Positions 56,437-64,000 of a DNA stretch of 64,000 nt are shown here, piece by piece. Position numbers and translations under genes: made by a program. The notes beneath the pieces were generated by a model that worked only from the letters and a program-made list of their open reading frames with translations, ran no database searches and had not been told where the DNA came from. This DNA comes from Candidatus Aminicenantes bacterium. Its GTDB lineage: Bacteria; Acidobacteriota; Aminicenantia; Aminicenantales; CAVYOD01. Positions within the stretch are counted from its first letter, which is position 1; each line of letters begins with the position of its first letter. Location of the stretch: positions 3,863,937 through 3,927,936 of the forward strand of contig OY969586.1 in NCBI GenBank assembly GCA_963701305.1. The letters are read 5' to 3'.

Positions 56437-57753
56437 ATGAAAACAATCATCGGCATAAGGAAAGAGGATAAGAACAAGTGGGAGCGTCGCACGCCTTTGA
56501 TCCCTTCTCACGTCACTGAGCTGACGCGGGAGCATCATCTCGACATTCGCGTCCAATCATCTCCCCTGCGTGTCTTCCCAGACGAAGACTATCGGCGCGA
56601 GGGAGCCAAAGTGGAGGAGAACCTAGGAAACTGCGCCCTTATCCTGGCCATCAAGGAGATCCCGATCCCTATTTTAGAGAGAGGGAAGATCTACTTTTTT
56701 TTCACCCACACAACCAAGGGGCAACATCATAATATGCCGATGCTGAAGAAGCTCGTGGAGCTCGGCTGCAGCCTGGTCGACTACGAAAAGATCGTCAATG
56801 AAAAGGGTCAGAGACTGCTCTTCTTCGGCCGGCAGGCCGGCCAGGCGGGCATGATCGAAACTCTCTGGTCGCTCGGCCAGCGCCTCAAAGCCGAGGGCCT
56901 CTCGGCAAACCCCTTTCAGTCCGTCCGACAAACTTATACCTACAAGAGCCTCGTCGAAGCCAAAGAAGAGATCCAGAAGCTGGGCTGGCAGATTCATGAC
57001 CGCGGACTTCATCCTAATCTATCGCCCCTTGTCTGCGGCTTCACCGGGTACGGCCATGTGTCTCAGGGAGCCCAGGAGATCTTCGACCTTCTTCCATTCG
57101 AGGAGATCCAACCAGAGGACCTGAAATCCTTCTTCGAGTCCGGAAATCAGAGTTCCGGCCGCCTTTACAAAGTCGTTTTCAAAGAAAAGGACATGGTCCA
57201 ACCGAAAGCCCAGGGGCCTCGCTTCGACCTTCAGGACTACTATGACCATCCCGAAAAATACGAATCATTCTTTGATTCCTACCTGCCTTATCTCACAATC
57301 CTGGTCAATTGCATCTTTTGGGCCCCCAGGTACCCGCGGTTCGTCACCAAACCGGTGCTGAAGAAACTCTACGGTGGGGACAAGGCGCCTCGCCTCCGGG
57401 TCATCGGCGATATCACCTGCGATATTGATGGTTCGATCGAATCCACGATCAAATCGACGGAGCCGGACAAGCCTTCTTTTCTCTATGATCCTTTCAAGGA
57501 TGCCGCCGTTGATAGCTTTGAAGGCAGGGGACCGGTGGTCATGGCGGTTGATAATCTCCCCGCGGAGTTGCCTTTGGAGTCTTCGATATTTTTCAGCGGG
57601 GCTCTGAAAACGTTTATGCCTTCGATTGCGGCGGCAGACTTTTCCGGAGATCTCGAGCACTGCCATCTTCCAGAGCCTATCAGGAAGGCTCTGATCCTCT
57701 ACCGGGGGAGTTTCACTCCCGAGTACGAGTATATGAAAGATTTTATAAAATAA
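56437..57753 (+). CDS. Lysine-ketoglutarate reductase (saccharopine dehydrogenase, lysine-forming type; AASS N-terminal-domain homologue)
   Basis: 438 aa. Collinear with the N-terminal half of animal AASS as I recall it (IRKEDKNKWERRTPL, FFTHTTKGQ, DYEKIVNEKG). Confidence 0.75.
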   Translation: MKTIIGIRKEDKNKWERRTPLIPSHVTELTREHHLDIRVQSSPLRVFPDEDYRREGAKVEENLGNCALILAIKEIPIPILERGKIYFFFTHTTKGQHHNMPMLKKLVELGCSLVDYEKIVNEKGQRLLFFGRQAGQAGMIETLWSLGQRLKAEGLSANPFQSVRQTYTYKSLVEAKEEIQKLGWQIHDRGLHPNLSPLVCGFTGYGHVSQGAQEIFDLLPFEEIQPEDLKSFFESGNQSSGRLYKVVFKEKDMVQPKAQGPRFDLQDYYDHPEKYESFFDSYLPYLTILVNCIFWAPRYPRFVTKPVLKKLYGGDKAPRLRVIGDITCDIDGSIESTIKSTEPDKPSFLYDPFKDAAVDSFEGRGPVVMAVDNLPAELPLESSIFFSGALKTFMPSIAAADFSGDLEHCHLPEPIRKALILYRGSFTPEYEYMKDFIK

Positions 57754-57773
57754 TTTTCGAGGAGGAGTCCGTC

Positions 57774-59096
57774 ATGAAAAAAATCTTGATCTTGGGCGCA
57801 GGGCTCGTGGCCAGACCTTTGGTTCGCTATCTCTTGGATCAGCCCGATTTTCAGGTCGAAGTGGCCAGCCGGACGGTCAGCAAAGCGGAAAAGCTCATCG
57901 AGGGGCACCCGCGGGGCGTGGCCAAAGAGCTGAACCTGAAAAATGAAGATATCCTCAAAGAGGAGATCTCCAAGACCGACCTGGCCATCAGCATGGTCCC
58001 CTATGCCTTTCATCCCAAAGTCGCGGAATTCTGCATCGCCTTCAAGAAGCACATGGTCACGACTTCGTACGTCTCCGAGGCCATGAAGAAACTGGATGAC
58101 GCAGCCAAGCAAGCGGGCATCCTGATCCTCAACGAGGTCGGATTGGACCCGGGCATAGATCACATGGAAGCGATGAGGATTATCCATGAGGCGGAAGCCA
58201 AGGACGGCGTCATCGACGGCTTTATCTCGTACTGCGGCGGGCTGCCGGCGCCCGAAGCCAACACCAATCCCTTCGGCTACAAATTTTCCTGGAGCCCGAT
58301 CGGAGTCCTTCTGGCAGGCAAAAACTCGGCCGAGTTCCTGATGGACGGGAAAGACGTTTTCATCTCCTCCGAGAAGCTCTTCGAGAGCTATATTATAAAG
58401 AATATTCCCGGCCTGGGCGATTTTGAGGCATACCCAAACAGGAATTCAACGCCCTATATCGGGCTCTACGGAATTCCCAAAACGAAGACCATGCTCAGAG
58501 GGACGCTGCGCAACCTGGGATGGTGCAAGACCGTCAAAAAGATGGTCGATCTGGGCCTCCTCGATCAGACTGAGAAAGACTGGACGGGCTTGACCTACAG
58601 CGGATTCTTGCGGAGGGTCATGAATTCCCCGGCCGAAAAGGACCTGAAGAAAGCGCTGGCCGCCTCCCTCAGGCTTGAGCCCGATGATACCGTGATCAAG
58701 CGGTTTGAATGGCTCGGCCTTCTAAGCGACGAAAAACTACCCCTGGAAAAGGGTGCGGCCTTGGATGTCATCGGTGCCCGCATGATCGAAAAACTCAAGT
58801 TCGAGCCGGGAGAGCGCGACTTGATCATCCTCCAGCACCAGTTTGACGTCACCTACCCAAAATCCAAAAAAGAAAGAATTACCTCGACCCTGATCGACTA
58901 CGGGATCCCCTACGGCGATTCGGCTATGGCCAGGACCGTCGGACTTCCCGCGGCCATCGGGACCAGGCTCATCCTCCAGGGCAAGATCAAGGAGAAGGGT
59001 GTCCACATCCCGGTTCGGCCGGAGATCTACAAGCCCATTCTCAGAGAGCTCAAAACGATGGGCATTTCCTTCACCGAGAAAAAAGAGAAAATCTGA
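57774..59096 (+). CDS. Saccharopine dehydrogenase (glutamate-forming; AASS C-terminal-domain homologue)
   Basis: 440 aa. Motifs ILILGAGLVARP, GLDPGIDHM and SYCGGLPAPE..NPFGYKFSWSP. Confidence 0.85.
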   Translation: MKKILILGAGLVARPLVRYLLDQPDFQVEVASRTVSKAEKLIEGHPRGVAKELNLKNEDILKEEISKTDLAISMVPYAFHPKVAEFCIAFKKHMVTTSYVSEAMKKLDDAAKQAGILILNEVGLDPGIDHMEAMRIIHEAEAKDGVIDGFISYCGGLPAPEANTNPFGYKFSWSPIGVLLAGKNSAEFLMDGKDVFISSEKLFESYIIKNIPGLGDFEAYPNRNSTPYIGLYGIPKTKTMLRGTLRNLGWCKTVKKMVDLGLLDQTEKDWTGLTYSGFLRRVMNSPAEKDLKKALAASLRLEPDDTVIKRFEWLGLLSDEKLPLEKGAALDVIGARMIEKLKFEPGERDLIILQHQFDVTYPKSKKERITSTLIDYGIPYGDSAMARTVGLPAAIGTRLILQGKIKEKGVHIPVRPEIYKPILRELKTMGISFTEKKEKI

Positions 59097-59113
59097 TTGT
59101 CTCTTCCCCGGAC

Positions 59114-60494
59114 TCAGAAGGGCCCAAAGTGCATGGCCTGGGCGATCAGGACGGCTCCCGATCCTATGGCGAGCCAGATGAGCAAAAGGGGAAGCAGCCA
59201 GCGAACCCAGGTTGACCAAGGAATCTGTAGAATTCCCAAGGCAGCCATGAAGTAGCCCTGGGTGGGTATGAACACGTTGGTCAGCCCATTCCCAAGCTGA
59301 TAGGCAAGCACGTTCGTTTGCCGTGTGATTCCGAGAATGTCTCCGAGAGGGGCGAGAATGGGCATGGACACAGCCGCCTGCCCGCTTCCTGAGGGAACGA
59401 TGAGGTGGAGGACATTTTGCATCAGGTAGATACCGACGACGCTGACTGAGGCCGACCACCGCCCGACAAAGGCCGCCATGGCATGGGTGATCGTATCGAT
59501 GACGGATGCCTCGCGCAGAATGACAAGCGTTCCTCTCGCCAAGCCTACCACCAGTCCCGCATAGGTCATGTCGGCCGCCCCCCTGATGAAGCTTCTGGCC
59601 GTCTGGTCCAGAGACAATCCTCCGAGCGGACCGGCCACGACTGAGAGAGCAAAAAACAGCCCGGAGAGCTGAAGTATTCCCCAGTGCCAGCGCATGGCAC
59701 CGACGGCCAGGACAACCAGGGCAAGGATCGTGGCGAAAAGGACTGCCCAGTGCTTCGGCGTAAATCGGCCGACCGCTTCAGTCTTGTCAAGGGACTCCCT
59801 CTTCTGGTCAAGCTCATACATCCGGCTCAGAGTAGGCTTAGCTTTGACCCGGGCTGCATAACGGGTCATGAAGAGAATCGTCACAGATGTCATGACTCAC
59901 CCAGAGGATGAGCCTGAAATTAAGCCCTGAAAAGAGAGGAAGGCCGACGATCCCCTGAGCCACGCCGACGGTAAAGGGGTTCATGAAGGCAGAGGCAAAA
60001 CCGGCGTTGGCGCCGACGAGGGCTATTCCTCCGCCGACGAGAGAATCGTACCCCAACGAGCGTGCCAGGAGCAGAAGGGCGGGCAGAAAGACAAGGGTTT
60101 CTTCGGCGATTCCGATGCTTCCACCGCCGATGGCGAAGACGAGAGTGAGCACGGGAACGATTAAGGCCCGCTTTGAGCCGATACGATTAACCAGGCGGTT
60201 GATTCCAACTTGGATCAATCCCGTTTCATTCAAAACGCCGAACGCACCACCAATAATGAAAATATAGAAAACGATATCGGCCACTTCAGCGAGCGCCTTG
60301 GGGAAGGCCAGGAAAATGGCCGTGGGGCCCGCCGGATTGGCTTTCACCTGATGATAGGTTGTGGGGTCAATGATTTCTCGGCCATGCTGCTGCACCCGAT
60401 CGTATTTCCCTGAGGGGATGATCCAGGTGCAGAGCGCCGCGATCACGATGAGACTGATCAAAAGAACGTAGGTGTGTGGGACCCTGATTTTCAT
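59114..60494 (-). pseudogene. YfcC/DcuC-type (putative basic amino acid) transporter split by a 1-nt frameshift
   Basis: ORFs 59838-60494 (N-terminal half) and 59114-59893 (C-terminal half) overlap in different frames. Together they make about 465 aa of one polytopic YfcC-family protein. The junction reads LILWV / (V)MTSVTILFMTRYA. Confidence 0.7.
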
Positions 60495-61696
60495 GATGCT
60501 TTCGTGAAATTCACCGCTGCGGCCGCATACAACCTAGAAGCCGTGAGGACATCTTCGATGGGGATGCTCTCCTCCGGAGAGTGCGCATACTCCAACCCGC
60601 CGGGGCCCCAGATGATGGTGGGAATCAGGCCCTCACGAGAGAGAAGGGACGCGTCTGTCCAAGCCGGAAAGACTGTCAGAGGCTCGACGGGCCGTTCAAG
60701 ATCGACCAGGGCGCGCTGGGCCGCAACGACGATGGGGTGCTTCGGGTCTATCTTCACCGGTCCATGGAGCATCGTGGCCATGCCGCCCGGCATTCGGGAA
60801 ACGCTCGTCTTGAGTCCGGGCCGGGCCGCCCGAACTTTTGCCAGCAAGCCCTCGAGGTCTTCGAAGACCTGCTCGATCGTCTCAGTCGTTACCCAACGCC
60901 GGTCCAGCCTGAGCATGCAATGAGCCGCTACGGTGCTGGGTTGGTCGCCTCCGAGAATCGTACCCAGGTTGATGGCGGGCGGCCCCAGAACAGGGTCGCG
61001 ACGCTGCCTCAGGACGGGCACGAGCTCGTTTTCCACCAAGTGCACAAAATGCGCGGCCGCGCTGATCGCGTTGATCCCGGCTTCAGGGGTTCCGCCATGG
61101 GCCGCCCTTCCCTCAAAGTCAATCTGCAGCCATTCCAGCCCCTTGTGTCCAATCGCGATTCTGTTGCCGGTCGGCTCCCCGATGACCGCCGCGTCCGCCC
61201 TGAACCCTTCCAGAATCAAGGCTTCGGCGCCTAGGCTCTCCATTTCCTCATCGATGACCGCGGCCAGAGTCACCTTCCCCTGGGACAACAGTCCTGAATT
61301 TTTGAGGCAAATGAGAGCCCCGGCCATGGCCGCGATGGCTCCCTTCATATCCGTCGTGCCGCGGCCGTGAATCCGGCCCTCTTTTTGGAGAGCCCCAAAA
61401 GCGTCAAACTTGGAGAGCACGTTGGGAGGCACGGTATCGGTGTGGCCGCAAAAGACCAGATGAGGACCGGGCTGCGGGCCGTCGACGCTGGCCAACAGGT
61501 TGGGACGCCCTTCGCGGACCTCTTTGATCAAGGGCGCAAAACCATGGGCCCGGAGAAAAAGACCTAACTCCCGGACCACGGCTTCTTCTTGCCTGGGGAC
61601 CCCGGGATGGCTGGGCGCTTTGATCATCTTGGTGAGAAGATCGACGACGGAGTCGTCGGGACAATGCGTAAGAAGTTTTTTAAGATCGGCTTTCAT
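60491..61696 (-). CDS. M20 family ArgE/DapE-type deacylase/peptidase
   Basis: 401 aa with metal motif FCGHTDTVP. Its stop overlaps the YfcC start (ATGA). Confidence 0.8.
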   Translation of the reverse strand: MKADLKKLLTHCPDDSVVDLLTKMIKAPSHPGVPRQEEAVVRELGLFLRAHGFAPLIKEVREGRPNLLASVDGPQPGPHLVFCGHTDTVPPNVLSKFDAFGALQKEGRIHGRGTTDMKGAIAAMAGALICLKNSGLLSQGKVTLAAVIDEEMESLGAEALILEGFRADAAVIGEPTGNRIAIGHKGLEWLQIDFEGRAAHGGTPEAGINAISAAAHFVHLVENELVPVLRQRRDPVLGPPAINLGTILGGDQPSTVAAHCMLRLDRRWVTTETIEQVFEDLEGLLAKVRAARPGLKTSVSRMPGGMATMLHGPVKIDPKHPIVVAAQRALVDLERPVEPLTVFPAWTDASLLSREGLIPTIIWGPGGLEYAHSPEESIPIEDVLTASRLYAAAAVNFTKAS

Positions 61697-61720
61697 AACT
61701 CCTCCTTCTTGCTTCCGTGT

Positions 61721-62899
61721 TTACCTTTTCGATATGAGATTGTATTCGTTATACTTGACCTCGCAAGGATTTCCTTTGGCCGCGAGCATGGTCAAGGTGT
61801 TCAGGTTGATGATAACCGAAAAAGTGGTCTTTATTCTTTCCCCGTGGCGGCAGATCGCATCAGGATAGTTGACATGGTCCGACAGAAACTGTTTCATTTT
61901 CTCGACGGTAATTTTTCCTCGATTGTTCTTAAGGAGTCTGATCCCTCTGTTATAGCGGATGACGGAGCAGGTGATCGCATTCGGATCCAGCTCGAACTTT
62001 CTCATCCAGGGGGCGACGTAGTGGTTCGTGTGCACCAAATAGCCATCGCTTGAGTAGATGGGAGCATAGTCTGTCGCCGAGCCTTCGATGCTGTAGATTT
62101 CGCCGTTGGCATCCGTTATCACCTGGTTGTAGTTGGAGGCCCGTTCCTTGAGAATGGCCGCGTCGATGGCTTCGCCGATTCGCTTGGCCGCGAGAATTTT
62201 TCTGACCAGGAGCATGCGCGGCACGCCGACTCGCATATCGTTGGAATCAACCTGGTTGCCTGTCAGGCTGATGCCGGCGGAATTGTAGCCCACGCTGATG
62301 CCCAGCCCTCCGTATCCGACGGCAATAATCTCCGGCTCGCCGGCGACTTGATAGTGGATGATGGTCACGTCGTCCTGGGTCGAGACCCCGGTGTCGTTGT
62401 TGTGCGCCGCCAGGACCGAATGGTCTTCGGTGACGTCATCGGAAGCAATCAGATCGCTGCAGCCGACCGTAGAGGGATAGCCGTCGGATCCAATCTCCTC
62501 ACAAATCGTGGGGAAGAGATCTTCTAAAGAGAGGCCGGCGGCATCGGCGGCGCCCTGGACCTCGGTCACATAATCGGAGCAATGCCTCTTCGAATATTGC
62601 AGGAACAGCCCGGCTTCGGCCCTGGTTTTTTCCCAGCCCGGGTGTTTTTTCATATCTGCGACTTCTTTGAGAAGATTCTGTTTCAGTTGGAGGCCGATCT
62701 GGCGGCCCACTTCATAGTGGTTTCCCTTGACATGAATGACCGGGATGGTCACCTCTCTGAGCGGCGGCGGAGTCTTTTCGTGGGCAGAAACAGCCGCGGC
62801 GCAAGGGCCGAGCACGAACAGGAAGAGGAAAATCAAAGTCGCGAAAATCAACGGACTTTTTAGTTTACTTTTTAGGCTCATTTTTTTCTCTCTCCACAC
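61721..62899 (-). CDS. C45 family Ntn-hydrolase, exported (paralogue of 39341-40501)
   Basis: 392 aa with a signal peptide and Gly-Cys site in STVGCSDLIAS. Highly similar to the first C45 protein. Confidence 0.75.
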   Translation of the reverse strand: MWREKKMSLKSKLKSPLIFATLIFLFLFVLGPCAAAVSAHEKTPPPLREVTIPVIHVKGNHYEVGRQIGLQLKQNLLKEVADMKKHPGWEKTRAEAGLFLQYSKRHCSDYVTEVQGAADAAGLSLEDLFPTICEEIGSDGYPSTVGCSDLIASDDVTEDHSVLAAHNNDTGVSTQDDVTIIHYQVAGEPEIIAVGYGGLGISVGYNSAGISLTGNQVDSNDMRVGVPRMLLVRKILAAKRIGEAIDAAILKERASNYNQVITDANGEIYSIEGSATDYAPIYSSDGYLVHTNHYVAPWMRKFELDPNAITCSVIRYNRGIRLLKNNRGKITVEKMKQFLSDHVNYPDAICRHGERIKTTFSVIINLNTLTMLAAKGNPCEVKYNEYNLISKR

Positions 62900-62901
62900 T
62901 C

Positions 62902-64000
62902 CTATCTTGGAATTTTTGGCAAGATGATCCGGGACGGGTGCTGGGCGTCATGATAGATCGTTTGCGCGGCTTTGACAAAGTCTTTCACCCCATCCTCTCC
63001 AGCCGGGTGTCCCGTGTTCGGGTTGCGATCAATGTGGGGGAAATAGGAACTCGTAATCCAGGCCCTGATGCAGTGTCCGGATTTGAAGACGTGGCTCGTA
63101 TAGAGAGATCCAATTGTCAACTCATAGATTTCTCCGGGCGTCAGAAGCTCCGGTTTGGACTCCGATTTTCGGTATCTGGCCCGGAGTATTCCCGAAAGAG
63201 GCGTTGTGATGCTTTGGGAATAGCCGTTAGGGTAGACGTCGGTCACCTTGACGACGAAATCCGTGTCTCGGGCGGTTGAAGCGGCCCAGATCTTGGCCTG
63301 GATCTCTCCGGTTACTTCCATATCTGACGGAATCGGATCTGAAGTATAGACAAGGACGTCATACCTCGCTTCCAGGGGCCTTTGATCGCGGGGCCCCGTG
63401 TTTTCAAAAAAGTAATCCGTGACCGGATTGGAGGGATCATAAGTGTAGTGGTCATTTTCTTCCTTGCCGATCGCCTGTCCGCTCAGCCTTCCATCGCCGT
63501 AGAAAGAATTGGCCGAGCCTTGGCTCCTCAGATAGAGGGATGTGAGTTCGGTCCGGGCAAGGGGCCATTCTTTTTCATACCGCCATCGGTTCTCTCCCAT
63601 GACGAAAATCTTGATCGGGGGCTCGTCTCTGATCCCATCGTCTATTCCCTTCAGCCAGAGATCGCACCAGCGAAGGACAAGCTGATTGATGTCCACGGCC
63701 GCCTCCGGACCAAAGTCGAGGTCGCCTGCCTTGGATGTCGGGCTGCAGTGGGTCCACGGGCCGATGATAAGTTTCTGTCCTTCTCTGGCCTCCTTCGTTT
63801 TCCCGTTTTTCCTCATTCCCAGGAAATTGCGGATGGCTCCGGGCTGCCCGTAGCCGTCGTCAAACCATCCGGTGAAATTGTAGGCGGGAACGGTCACCTC
63901 TTTGTGATTTTTCTCGACATTGGCGAAATCCCAGAAAGGACCGTCGTCTGAATGGGCGATCCATTCATAATAATATGGGCAGAACCCTTTGAAAATCGGA
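62902..64000 (-). CDS. CocE/NonD (X-Pro dipeptidyl-peptidase S15) family hydrolase, C-terminal part; gene continues beyond the right edge
   Basis: The frame stays open upstream of the listed GTG at 63897. My translation of 63898-63999 gives PIFKGFCPYYYEWIAHSDDGPFWDFANVEKNHKE with no stop. Confidence 0.75.
   Translation of the reverse strand, partial: PIFKGFCPYYYEWIAHSDDGPFWDFANVEKNHKEVTVPAYNFTGWFDDGYGQPGAIRNFLGMRKNGKTKEAREGQKLIIGPWTHCSPTSKAGDLDFGPEAAVDINQLVLRWCDLWLKGIDDGIRDEPPIKIFVMGENRWRYEKEWPLARTELTSLYLRSQGSANSFYGDGRLSGQAIGKEENDHYTYDPSNPVTDYFFENTGPRDQRPLEARYDVLVYTSDPIPSDMEVTGEIQAKIWAASTARDTDFVVKVTDVYPNGYSQSITTPLSGILRARYRKSESKPELLTPGEIYELTIGSLYTSHVFKSGHCIRAWITSSYFPHIDRNPNTGHPAGEDGVKDFVKAAQTIYHDAQHPSRIILPKIPR

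Noticed and set aside
39341-62899. The inverted C45 paralogues as substrates of recent gene conversion, or as ends of an invertible 22-kb segment.
   Set aside because: Nucleotide identity is only moderate, with many synonymous differences even in the block that is invariant at the protein level. There is no recombinase gene and there are no flanking repeats.
1-64000. CRISPR arrays, tRNA/rRNA genes, IS elements, integrases, prophage or defence-system genes.
   Set aside because: I saw none while reading the intergenic regions and the ORF translations. All spacers longer than 100 nt are accounted for by promoters, leaders or hairpins. This was a visual search only and is not exhaustive.

Overview
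This 64-kb window is moderately GC-rich and almost fully coding. I recognised 44 protein genes and saw no rRNA, tRNA, CRISPR array, transposase or integrase. All family calls come from reading the translated ORFs and recognising motifs; no database search was run.

Positions 1-10593, minus strand, hold a Wood-Ljungdahl carbonyl-branch operon. The transcription order is small B12-binding protein, RACo-type corrinoid activase, cooC, short MetE-core methyltransferase, cooS/acsA, acsB, cooC, acsD, then acsC, which runs off the left edge. A PocR-AraC regulator is transcribed divergently from it.

The remaining ~50 kb is a dense array of mostly exported peptide and amino-acid catabolic enzymes:
- Tat-signal D-aminoacylase with an Orr-like racemase
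- S9, M28, C69, M20 and CocE/NonD hydrolases
- three M14 peptidases, two C45 peptidases and two DmpA-family (S58) peptidases
- a TonB-dependent receptor
- a non-pyrrolysine MttB-family methyltransferase next to an APC permease
- two lysine-catabolic modules: kamA with an SDH-fold dehydrogenase, and split animal-type LKR + SDH
- an ankyrin protein coupled to a Tat-signal HDAC-family enzyme
- a Ser/Thr kinase with TPR repeats

Candidates most worth a second look:
1. A possible methyl-corrinoid shuttle that uses the MttB homologue embedded in a peptidase/permease operon, together with the acsE-less ACS cluster.
2. Several families of repeated promoter/operator-like sequences that link otherwise unrelated operons.
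3. A structured leader, or small RNA, upstream of phzF.
4. Three genes each disrupted by a single extra nucleotide.
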